DNA of 64,000 bases from an uncultured Syntrophaceae bacterium. GTDB lineage: Bacteria > Desulfobacterota > Syntrophia > Syntrophales > PHBD01. A program made the position numbers and the translations under genes. The stretch lies in assembly GCA_964558665.1 (NCBI GenBank), contig CAZLFA010000003.1, positions 22,952 through 86,951 of the forward strand, written 5' to 3'. The notes under the pieces are model-generated. The model was given only the letters and a program-made list of their open reading frames with translations. It was not told the DNA's origin and searched no databases. Below, piece by piece: positions 1-7,882 of the stretch. Numbering within the stretch: position 1 is the stretch's first letter; each line of letters opens with the position of its first letter.

Positions 1-313
1 CACAGATGGAATTGGATTGAAATGATAAAGTCAGGTCGCGGGCGCCGTGGCGTATTATTTCGTGAACGATAGCCACGGGAACACGAGTGTTGACAAAACC
101 GCCAATGCCGATGTTGATTCCGTCCCTTATAAACACGTCCACGGCCTGCTTTAGGGTTTTTCTCTTGTCATGCATGCCCTTGGACTTGGCCGACATGGTT
201 TTTCTAGCTTCGTCAGGCGTCGGCCCCCACCATTCGAATGGCTGTTCCGCCAGTTTCTTGTCGTACTTCAGACCGGAAACTTTATTAATTTTTGAACCTA
301 CTTTTTTCTTCAT
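1..313 (-). CDS. CoA-transferase family I subunit A (glutaconate/3-oxoacid CoA-transferase alpha-like), N-terminal part; gene runs off the left edge
   Basis: Manual reverse translation from the ATG at 313-311 gives MKKKVGSKINKVSGLKYDKK...KTLKQAVDVFIRDGINIGIGGFVNTRVPVAIVHEIIRHGARDLTLSF. The LKxAV...G..I..GGF...R.P.A...EIIR.G..DLT pattern matches the N-terminus of GctA-type CoA-transferase A subunits. The frame stays open to position 1. It is absent from the ORF track because it is truncated. Confidence 0.7.
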   Translation of the reverse strand, partial: MKKKVGSKINKVSGLKYDKKLAEQPFEWWGPTPDEARKTMSAKSKGMHDKRKTLKQAVDVFIRDGINIGIGGFVNTRVPVAIVHEIIRHGARDLTLSFQSNSIC

Positions 314-559
314 GCCACTCTCCTTAAATTTATTTAAATCCATCTCCGGATTCCGCAGAAAACCCGATGATGATTGTTATATTCAGGCGGTCGCCATATA
401 CTAAAGAGAATCGACTTCAGTCAAGAAAAAACCGCCTTTTTGACCATATATATAAGTCTTTTACCCTCTCATTTTATATTGTCGTGATCAGATTAATTAT
501 GTATGATAAATTTGTGATGTTGTTCTCGGATCAAGGGATGACTTACATGTAGGGAAGTT

Positions 560-830
560 GTCCATGGTTATTGTCCCTTTCGGGGATGGTTGAAACCCCT
601 CGCCTTAGGCGAAGAGAAGTTAGGCGAAGTCCTCAAGAGGACGAGCCATTATAGATATTCTATTAAGCGGTCGCAAAAAGTCGAATTCATTCGACGCGAC
701 CGCTGAACCCATCGGCTTGAAGCCGGTGGTGATTCAGTGTCCATCCGGAAACCCTGGATGCTGAAACTTTTGGTTTCCGGACGGAAACCAGTTAGCCTTG
801 ATGTAGAGGAAACAACCCAATTTATATCTT
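560..830. other. highly structured non-coding region (candidate 5' leader / ncRNA / REP-like hairpin cluster) between divergent genes
   Basis: Direct repeat ttaggcgaag occurs twice (605-614 and 620-629). Hairpin 1 (666-704): agcggtcgc-aaaaa-gtcgaa-ttca-ttcgac-gcgaccgct. Hairpin 2 (709-729): ccatcggct-tga-agccggtgg, with one G-U pair. Hairpin 3 (741-784): tccggaaacc...ggtttccgga, extended by 2 bp. I recognise no class. Confidence 0.35.
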
Positions 831-847
831 ACTGTAGGAGGTGATCC

Positions 848-1390
848 ATGAAACCAATAGGCCCCATGATGTGGGAACATCGCCTGATTGAAAGAATGCT
901 GCGGTCATTTGCCGACGAAATAAGCAGCATCAGTCAGCATCAAAAGATAGACACGGTCTTCATCGATACTGCGGTCGATTTCATACGCACGTATGCGGAC
1001 CGGACCCACCACGGCAAGGAGGAAGACATCCTCTTTCGCGATCTCCGGAAGAAGCAACTGACGCCTGATCATGCAAAGATCATGGATGAGCTTGTTCAGG
1101 AGCATATAATCTCCAGAAAAAAAGTGGCGGCTCTCGTCGATGCGAAGGACAGGTACCTTCAGGGAGAAGACACGGCCGATGAAGTTATCAGGCTGCTTGC
1201 CGAGCTTGCCGAATTTTATCCCAGGCACATCGAAAAAGAGGACAAGCATTTCTTCTATCCCTGCCTGGATTATTTCAGCAAGGAGGAGCAGGACAAGATG
1301 CTGGAGGAGTTCTGGGAATTCGACAGAAAAATGATTCATGAAAAATACAAAAAAGTTGTTGATCAGATCGAGGACAGGAAACTAAAATAA
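848..1390 (+). CDS. hemerythrin-like (HHE cation-binding) domain protein
   Basis: 180-aa ORF with a strong RBS (taggaggtgatcc-ATG). His/Glu-rich helical motifs (WEHRLIERML, RTHHGKEEDILF, QEHIISRK, RHIEKEDKHFF) are typical of hemerythrin/HHE four-helix metal-binding bundles. Confidence 0.75.
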   Translation: MKPIGPMMWEHRLIERMLRSFADEISSISQHQKIDTVFIDTAVDFIRTYADRTHHGKEEDILFRDLRKKQLTPDHAKIMDELVQEHIISRKKVAALVDAKDRYLQGEDTADEVIRLLAELAEFYPRHIEKEDKHFFYPCLDYFSKEEQDKMLEEFWEFDRKMIHEKYKKVVDQIEDRKLK

Positions 1391-1475
1391 AAATCTTCCA
1401 AGCCCGTAATATATTCTACGGCCCCCGTAATCCGGCTTATTTCAGGGGCCGTTTCCTGTTTAAGGACACGCCGTC

Positions 1476-1991
1476 ATGCTTTTTCAATTGTGTTTCAGAT
1501 ATTTTGCAGGTCTTGTCATTTCCTGCCTTGCAATAATGTTCCCCGCATCCCTTCCCGCGGCAGGATTTTGTCCGGACGCGGCAGTTAATTCGCCTAAAGC
1601 CCTGTGGCAAACCCTGCCCGTAACAGCCCGCGCAGAAATCAGAGGCAAAGCCATAGAACTTGAAGTTGCGAGAACAGAGGAGGAACGGGCCCGCGGTCTC
1701 ATGTATCGCCCATGCCTGCCGGAAAACAGGGGCATGATCTTCGTCTACGATCATCCCGAACAGGTGAATTTCTGGATGAAAGATGTATTGATTCCGCTCG
1801 ACATTATCTTTCTTTCACACGGAAAGATAAAGACAATCTATAGAAATCTCCTGCCATGCCATGCGGAGAATTGCCCCGACTATGTCTCGAAATCTGAAAT
1901 AGACCAGGTCCTGGAATTGAACGCCGGGATGAGCGACAAACTACTTTTAAAGGAAAATGACGTCATTGTGATCCGTTTTCATGCCCGATAA
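1476..1991 (+). CDS. DUF192 domain protein (secreted/periplasmic)
   Basis: 171-aa ORF with an N-terminal hydrophobic signal-like segment. The core [11 protein letters not shown]...ENRGMIFVY....[16 protein letters not shown] matches the DUF192 signature (GLM.R..L....GM.F......FWM.....PLD..F). Confidence 0.75.
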   Translation: MLFQLCFRYFAGLVISCLAIMFPASLPAAGFCPDAAVNSPKALWQTLPVTARAEIRGKAIELEVARTEEERARGLMYRPCLPENRGMIFVYDHPEQVNFWMKDVLIPLDIIFLSHGKIKTIYRNLLPCHAENCPDYVSKSEIDQVLELNAGMSDKLLLKENDVIVIRFHAR

Positions 1992-2191
1992 ACAGGTCTC
2001 CGGAAACACTCCCCGCCTCCGCAGGCCATTTTACCCCTTGCATTGATTATGGTTATCGGCTAGATTCTGTCCCGCCCGGGACAACGGAATCAGCTCCATT
2101 CACCTTGAAACTGCAGCATCTGTACACCAGCAGAAAACCGCCCGGAACGATCTTGAACTTGTCCCGCACGGACTCAATAACGGAGGATAAA

Positions 2192-2392
2192 ATGTTTGGA
2201 AATATCGGCATGACGGAATTGATCATCATTCTCATCATTGCCCTCGTTATATTCGGCCCCGGGAAACTTCCCGAGATCGGCGGTGCCATAGGCAGGGGAA
2301 TTAAGGATTTCAAAAGGGCGATGTCTGAACCGGACAGGAAACAGGAAGAGGCAGCCGGAACAGCAAAAGAAAAGGAACAGGGCAAATCCTGA
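2192..2392 (+). CDS. tatA: twin-arginine translocase subunit TatA/E
   Basis: I use the internal start at 2192 (RBS ggagga at 2183-2188) rather than the ORF-track start at 2105. [44 protein letters not shown] is the classic TatA TM helix, FGP.KLP hinge and amphipathic helix, followed by an acidic/Lys-rich tail. Confidence 0.9.
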   Translation: MFGNIGMTELIIILIIALVIFGPGKLPEIGGAIGRGIKDFKRAMSEPDRKQEEAAGTAKEKEQGKS

Positions 2393-2405
2393 AGGGCATC
2401 GGATC

Positions 2406-3668
2406 ATGGCTGATGAAATAATGACAGAGGCTTTCGTTTATCTGAGCCACATACTGAACCGCAAAGTTTACGACAGCCGGGGAGAACAGGCAGGCAAGGT
2501 AATAGACCTTGTTGCCAATGTGATTGAACAGTACCCGGTCGTGACAGACATTGTCATAACCACGAAAGACAATGGCAGGACCGCTTTCGTTCCCTGGGAC
2601 AGATTTACACCCCGGAACGGCCATTTCATCCTTAATGATGCCGGCACCGCGACTTTCACAATCAGAGAGCTGCTGGACTACGAGCTTCTGCTCAAAGACG
2701 CAATGCTTGATAAACAGATCGTCGACACCGACGGCGCAAAGGTACGCCGCGTCAACGACCTTCAGTTCCTCAAGGCACGAGACAGCCTCCATCTGGTACA
2801 CGTGGACGTCGGCTTCAGGGGACTGATGCGACGTGTAGGGCTGGAGAAAGCGGTTCTCGCTTTACTGCAGGCGCTTTTCGATTACGATCTTCCCGATCAG
2901 TTCATATCCTGGAGGTTCGTTCAGCCCATTGCCACACCCGACCTTCTGAGACTTAAAATCACTCAGAGCCGCCTGTCCACAATCCATCCCGCGGACCTGG
3001 CCGACATTATAGAGGATCTGGACATCTACCAGAGAAAGGCCGTTTTCAAGTCACTCGATGTGGAAACGGCGGCGGAGACTCTTGAAGAGACCGACCCCAA
3101 GATCCAGGTCAGCCTGATTGAGGACATGGGCGCAGCCCAGGCATCGGACATCATAGAAGAGATGTCATTGAGCGAGGCTGCCGACCTGCTCGGCGATCTC
3201 CCTAGGGACAAAGCGGAGGTCATTCTCAAGGAGATGGAGCAGGATGTCGCCGATGACGTCAAGGAGCTTCTCGTCCACCCCGACGAAAAGGCGGGCGGCC
3301 TGATGACAACCGCTTTTCTCAGTTTCTACGGCTCGGTAACCGCGGGGGAAGCCCTGGAAACGTTAAGACGAGAGGCGGAAGAGATGGAGATGATCTACTA
3401 CATCTACGTGATCGATCAAGCCGAGCATCTTCTGGGCGTGGTCAGCATCAGAGAACTGCTGGCGTCAACACCTGAGACCCCTCTTGCCGATATTATGGAC
3501 ACGAGGATTGTAGCCGTCGGCATTGAAGAGGAAAAGGAAAGCATCGCCGAGACCTTCGCAAAATACGGCGTTGTGGCAGTCCCGGTTACAGACGATGAGA
3601 ACAGGATCAAGGGCGTTATCGATTTTAAGAATCTTCTGGAAATTGTCGCCCCGGAACTCGGCAAATAA
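2406..3668 (+). CDS. stand-alone MgtE-type cytoplasmic module: PRC-barrel-like N-terminus + MgtE_N domain + CBS pair, no membrane domain
   Basis: 420-aa ORF. It has an acidic helical MgtE_N-like region (HPADLADIIEDLD...VETAAETLEETD...AAQASDIIEEMSLSEAADLLGDLPRDKAEVILKEM). It is followed by two CBS-like motifs (GGLMTTAFLSF...IYVIDQAEHLLGVVSIRELL; IMDTRIVAV...YGVVAVPVTDDENRIKGVIDFKNLL). No hydrophobic TM segments follow. Confidence 0.8.
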   Translation: MADEIMTEAFVYLSHILNRKVYDSRGEQAGKVIDLVANVIEQYPVVTDIVITTKDNGRTAFVPWDRFTPRNGHFILNDAGTATFTIRELLDYELLLKDAMLDKQIVDTDGAKVRRVNDLQFLKARDSLHLVHVDVGFRGLMRRVGLEKAVLALLQALFDYDLPDQFISWRFVQPIATPDLLRLKITQSRLSTIHPADLADIIEDLDIYQRKAVFKSLDVETAAETLEETDPKIQVSLIEDMGAAQASDIIEEMSLSEAADLLGDLPRDKAEVILKEMEQDVADDVKELLVHPDEKAGGLMTTAFLSFYGSVTAGEALETLRREAEEMEMIYYIYVIDQAEHLLGVVSIRELLASTPETPLADIMDTRIVAVGIEEEKESIAETFAKYGVVAVPVTDDENRIKGVIDFKNLLEIVAPELGK

Positions 3669-3867
3669 GTCTTGACGCCGGAGAAAAAAAGGTTCATAGG
3701 CTTTTCTATATTTTTCCGGCTATTATTTAACAGCATTCTCAGGCAGCAGCCAATTTAAATTAACATCTTAAATTTCGTTTTCGGTTCCATCCGGCAGTTC
3801 CGGATGCGGAATAATTGTTTTCTTAACTGGAGTCGATAAATATTATGGACGAGGGCGGGGGCAGTAG

Positions 3868-5154
3868 ATGCCTGACAATCCGGCGGTATCAGAAAGCAGA
3901 GGTCTGCTTGCGCGGCTCTCTAACAGAGGCGCTTGGCGTTCTTTTGCGCTTTTTTTCGCCCTCATCGGCCCCGGAATAATCACCTCCAACGTCGACAACG
4001 ATGCCGGCGGCATAACCACCTACTCACTAGCCGGAGCCAACTACGGATTAACACTTCTCTGGATACTTATTCCCATAACAGTAGTACTTATCATCATACA
4101 GGAGATGAGCGCCAGGATGGGGGTCGTATCCGGCAAGGGTCTCTCCGATCTGATCCGCGAGCGCTTCGGCGCGAAAGCCACTTTCTACCTCATGATGGCG
4201 CTGTTCTTCGCGAATCTGGGAAACACCGTATCGGAATTCGCCGGCATAGCCGCCAGTCTGGAAATATTCGGCATCAGTAAATATGCGTCTGTGCCCGTAT
4301 CCGCTTTCCTTGTCTGGTGGCTGGTAGTCAAGGGCAGTTACAAATCCGTGGAGAAGGTGTTTCTCTACGCTTGCGTCTTCTATATTGCCTACATCATCTC
4401 CGGGTTCATGGGAAAGCCCGACTGGAACACGGTCGGCAAAGCTCTTGTCACGCCGACACTCAAGTTCGACACCGGGTTTATTACCATGGCGATAGGCATC
4501 ATCGGAACCACCATAGCCCCCTGGATGCAGTTCTACCTTCAGTCGTCGGTGGTGGACAAGGGACTTAAAGCGGAAGACTATCACTACACGCGTCTGGACG
4601 TAATATTCGGATCCATTACCGTCAACGTCGTAGCTTTTTTCATTATCATGATCTGCGCCGTTACGCTTTTCCAGAACGGGATCAAAATCGAAACAGCCAA
4701 GGATGCGGCTCTGGCGTTGAAACCGCTGGCCGGCGAATACTGCACCTGGCTTTTCGCTTTCGGCCTTTTGAATGCATCTCTCTTTGCCGCTTCCATTCTG
4801 CCCCTGTCGACCGCCTATACCGTATGCGAGGCCTTCGGGTGGGAATCTGGACTTGATCATCGCTTTGTCGAAGCCCCGCAGTTTTACGGCATGTACTCCC
4901 TGATGATCCTTCTGGGGGCAGGCTTTATACTTCTGCCGAATGCCCCGCTTATTCAGATAATGTACTACTCACAGGTTGTAAACGGCATCCTGCTTCCCTT
5001 TATTCTTATCTTCATGCTGCTGCTCGTCAATGACCGAAGAATCATGGGGGAATATGTCAACGGCAGGTTCATGAATTCCCTCTCCTGGGCAACTGTTGCC
5101 ATCCTGGTCGTCCTCTCTCTTTCCCTGGTGGTCTCTTCCATCCAGATGAATTGA
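3868..5154 (+). CDS. Nramp/SLC11-family divalent cation transporter with non-canonical, NRMT-like (Mg2+-type) site residues
   Basis: 428-aa polytopic membrane ORF. The TM1 motif is SNVDNDAGGITTYSLAG, so DAGG replaces DPGN. The TM6 motif is IGTTIAPWMQFY, so T-x-x-A-P-W replaces A-x-x-M-P-H. Overall layout and length fit bacterial MntH-like proteins. Confidence 0.8.
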   Translation: MPDNPAVSESRGLLARLSNRGAWRSFALFFALIGPGIITSNVDNDAGGITTYSLAGANYGLTLLWILIPITVVLIIIQEMSARMGVVSGKGLSDLIRERFGAKATFYLMMALFFANLGNTVSEFAGIAASLEIFGISKYASVPVSAFLVWWLVVKGSYKSVEKVFLYACVFYIAYIISGFMGKPDWNTVGKALVTPTLKFDTGFITMAIGIIGTTIAPWMQFYLQSSVVDKGLKAEDYHYTRLDVIFGSITVNVVAFFIIMICAVTLFQNGIKIETAKDAALALKPLAGEYCTWLFAFGLLNASLFAASILPLSTAYTVCEAFGWESGLDHRFVEAPQFYGMYSLMILLGAGFILLPNAPLIQIMYYSQVVNGILLPFILIFMLLLVNDRRIMGEYVNGRFMNSLSWATVAILVVLSLSLVVSSIQMN

Positions 5155-5275
5155 CGGCAGGTGTTTTTTCCTGTATAATCTTCCCATGCTTTAGTTACAG
5201 ATGAGAATTCTACATATGGATTTCTTCACTGTTTCTATCCGTATAATCGACCTCCTAAGCAACAGCTCATTATTT

Positions 5276-5375
5276 GTCACTGCGAGGCGGGCGTTAGCCC
5301 GACGCGGCAGTCTCATGAGATTGCCACCCCCGATCAGGTCGGGGGCAGGCTCAACACTTCGTTTCTCACAATGTC
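5276..5375 (-). repeat. miniature palindromic repeat, family A (GTCA[CT]TGCGA...CACAATG[AT]C type), copy 1
   Basis: Imperfect terminal inverted repeats are present: gtcactgcgag at 5276-5286 and ctcacaatgtc at 5365-5375. The core 5309-5352 is the reverse complement of 7645-7688 with 39/44 identity. It gives rise to spurious small ORFs (…DLIGGGNLMRLPRR…). Confidence 0.8.
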
Positions 5376-5472
5376 GTGTTCTGTTTCTTACAACGCTGAC
5401 AGAGTCCGTGAAGATGGTCGATGCCCGTAAATAATGAGAAGAACCAATTAAATCAATATACAGGAGATTATT

Positions 5473-7557
5473 ATGGCAAAGGAAGACATTCGCTGGGAAA
5501 AAACCCACTGTGCAAGGATGGACCACGGCGGCTGTGCACTGCTCGTGGGCGTAAAAGACAATACGATCGTCCAGATCAAGGGCGATCCCGACGGATATTT
5601 AAACAGGGGCTACACCTGCTTCAAGGGACGTGTTTCTGCGGAACGTCTTACACATCCCGACCGTCTTAGATATCCTCTCAAAAGAAAAGGTGAAAGGGGC
5701 GAAGGAAAGTGGGAACGCATTTCCTGGGAACAGGCGCTGTCCGAAACGGCAGAAGGCCTAATGCGCATAAAGGAAAAGCACGGCGCCAGGGGTGTCGGCT
5801 TCGGAGTCGGTATGCCCAAAGGCCTTGAGCATTTCGTCCTGATCCGGCTGGCCAACATCTTCGGTTCTCCCAACGTAATCGCCTCCCAGGACGTATGCCA
5901 TGCCCCCAGAGAGGTCACCGGCATTCACACGTGCGGATTCTATCCTGTAGCGGACTTCCACAATCCGACGAAACTTGTCTTCATGTGGGCAAGCAACATG
6001 ACCTCCACCAACGAAGAGGGTCAGATTAACAGTCTGCTCAACGACCAGCTAAAGAACGGCGCCAAGCTGATAGTCGTCGATCCGCGCAGGATTGAACTCG
6101 CAAAGAAGGCAGACCTCTGGCTTCAGTTGCGTCCGGGTACGGTTCAGGCCCTTGCGCTGGGAATAATGAATGTCATCATCGAAGAGTCCCTGTATGACCA
6201 TGACTTTGTGGAAAAATACACCCATGGATTTGAAGAGCTTTCGCAGCATGTGAAATCATATACTCCGGAGAAGGTCTCGGGAATTACCTGGGTGCCTGCC
6301 GAAGATATCCGTAAAGCGGCAAGGATGTACGCAGAGGCAAAACCGGCAGCCCTTCAATGGGGAAACGCCATTGAACACGATGTCAACGCCTTCGACGCCG
6401 TAAGATCCCTGGCCTGCCTGATGTCCATCTGCGGCAACCTGGAAGTGCCGGGAGGAAACGTGAACGCCCGCGATCCCAAAATCATGGGACTGGGACCGTT
6501 TGTCAGGGCCGACCTGATCCCCGACAAAAGAAAAGACATGATCAGCGCCCACCATCGCGTCATACCGCGACTGATGACTATAGCACCAGCATATTTCCGC
6601 AAGGCCGTTCTCGAAGACATACCCTACCCTGTTCGCGGCTACTACGGCATGTGCACAAACCCTATGGTGGCATGGGCGGACAGCAAAGCGACCTGCGAGG
6701 CGTTCAAAAAACTCGAGTTTGTGGCGGTAGCCGATATCTTCATGACGCCGACCGCAGCGATGGCGGATATAGTATTCCCGGTGGCACATCAATACGAGAT
6801 GAACGACATAGGCCATTACGGCATCGGTCACGGTATGATTGTGGCGCGCCCCAAGATTGTCGACCCTCCTGAAGAATGCTGGCCTGATATGAAGATCATG
6901 AACGAACTGGGCAAACGGGTCTCCCCGCCGGAGCTATGGCACGAAAACCACGAAGAATTTCTGGAAGACGTGGTGCGTCCCGCCGGACTGACCTACCGGC
7001 AGTTTGTCGAGAAGGGCTATCTCAAAGGGCCGGACCGGTTCCGTGCTTATGAAGAAAAGGGATTCGGCACACCTACCGGAAAAGTGGAGCTTGTCCTCAG
7101 TACGGCGGACAAATTCAAACTCAAGGCGTTGCCTGAATTCAGCGGCCCTCCGGAAGCCGACGACCCGGAATACCCGCTGCTGGTTATCAGCGCCAAGAGC
7201 CGTTATTTTCTGCTGTCATCCTACAGATGGGTAAAGAAACTCCGTGAAAAGCAGCCCGATCCTCTGGTTGAGATACATCCCGATACGGCGGCAAAATACG
7301 GAATCAAGGACGGCGACAATGTCCTCATCGAAACAAAGCATGGCTCGATCGTGCAGCGCGCTTCCGTCACCGACATCATTCATCCCGGAGTCGTCAGCGC
7401 TGCACTGGGCTGGTGGTTTCCCGAAGGAGATCCGGCAAAGCAATACGATTGGCAGAAATCGAACTTCAATATGCTGACTTCCATGAGCAAGCTCGGCAGG
7501 GAGTTCGGAACCCCCAATCTGAAGAATCTTCCGTGCCGCATTTCGAAAGCCGTATGA
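5473..7557 (+). CDS. molybdopterin-dependent oxidoreductase (DMSO reductase/MopB superfamily catalytic subunit)
   Basis: 694-aa ORF with RBS caggag. The N-terminus THCARMDHGGCALLVGVKDNTIVQIKGDPDGYLNRGYTCFKG resembles the MopB Fe-S/N-terminal domain but has only 3 Cys. There is a conserved CHAPRE segment. The C-terminal MGD-binding beta-barrel (DGDNVLIETKHGSIVQRASVTDIIHPGVV) is typical of the family. Confidence 0.8.
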   Translation: MAKEDIRWEKTHCARMDHGGCALLVGVKDNTIVQIKGDPDGYLNRGYTCFKGRVSAERLTHPDRLRYPLKRKGERGEGKWERISWEQALSETAEGLMRIKEKHGARGVGFGVGMPKGLEHFVLIRLANIFGSPNVIASQDVCHAPREVTGIHTCGFYPVADFHNPTKLVFMWASNMTSTNEEGQINSLLNDQLKNGAKLIVVDPRRIELAKKADLWLQLRPGTVQALALGIMNVIIEESLYDHDFVEKYTHGFEELSQHVKSYTPEKVSGITWVPAEDIRKAARMYAEAKPAALQWGNAIEHDVNAFDAVRSLACLMSICGNLEVPGGNVNARDPKIMGLGPFVRADLIPDKRKDMISAHHRVIPRLMTIAPAYFRKAVLEDIPYPVRGYYGMCTNPMVAWADSKATCEAFKKLEFVAVADIFMTPTAAMADIVFPVAHQYEMNDIGHYGIGHGMIVARPKIVDPPEECWPDMKIMNELGKRVSPPELWHENHEEFLEDVVRPAGLTYRQFVEKGYLKGPDRFRAYEEKGFGTPTGKVELVLSTADKFKLKALPEFSGPPEADDPEYPLLVISAKSRYFLLSSYRWVKKLREKQPDPLVEIHPDTAAKYGIKDGDNVLIETKHGSIVQRASVTDIIHPGVVSAALGWWFPEGDPAKQYDWQKSNFNMLTSMSKLGREFGTPNLKNLPCRISKAV

Positions 7558-7623
7558 TATATCCGGAAGGCATATTTGATATCGGTACATTTTGCCTGCT
7601 ATAATGAACAGCTTGATAAAGTC

Positions 7624-7706
7624 GTCATTGCGATGCGTGAAACAGAGCCTGCCCTCGACATGATCGGGGGCGGCAATTTCATGAGATTACTTCGCTTCAC
7701 AATGAC
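7624..7706 (+). repeat. miniature palindromic repeat, family A, copy 2 (inverted relative to copy 1)
   Basis: The terminal inverted repeats are gtcattgcga (7624-7633) and tcacaatgac (7697-7706), matching 9/10. The core gagcctgccctcgacatgatcgggggcggcaatttcatgagatt matches the reverse complement of copy 1 at 39/44. Confidence 0.8.
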
Positions 7707-7882
7707 ACCTGTGGAATGTCTCTCTATTTTTACCGTTCACTATAGACACTGCCGATCCCATAACGGGTATTCCGGTTACGGAGCTTTCTCGACTTAGCGG
7801 TATCCTTCCGTGCAACCGCTTTTCTACGGCTGTTCACGGCCGAAAAAAAGCCCGCCGGCGGTTTCATCTTAATCGATAAAAA

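Noticed and set aside
3669-3867. Possible Mg2+ (M-box) or Mn2+ (yybP-ykoY) riboswitch upstream of the Nramp gene.
   Set aside because: I could not find the conserved cores I remember for these classes. Only generic hairpins are present (gccgga..tccggc; catccgg-cagtt-ccggatg). An Infernal scan is needed for certainty.
4048-4860. 270-aa ORF on the minus strand inside the Nramp gene.
   Set aside because: It lies entirely antisense to a well-supported membrane-transporter gene. The sequence is Arg/Gly/His-rich with low complexity, no RBS and no recognisable motif. This is a typical shadow ORF.
5473-7557. Possible selenocysteine (in-frame TGA) in the molybdopterin oxidoreductase.
   Set aside because: The reading frame is uninterrupted over 694 codons, and a Cys occupies the likely Mo-ligand position. 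No split ORF or SECIS-like hairpin was noticed.
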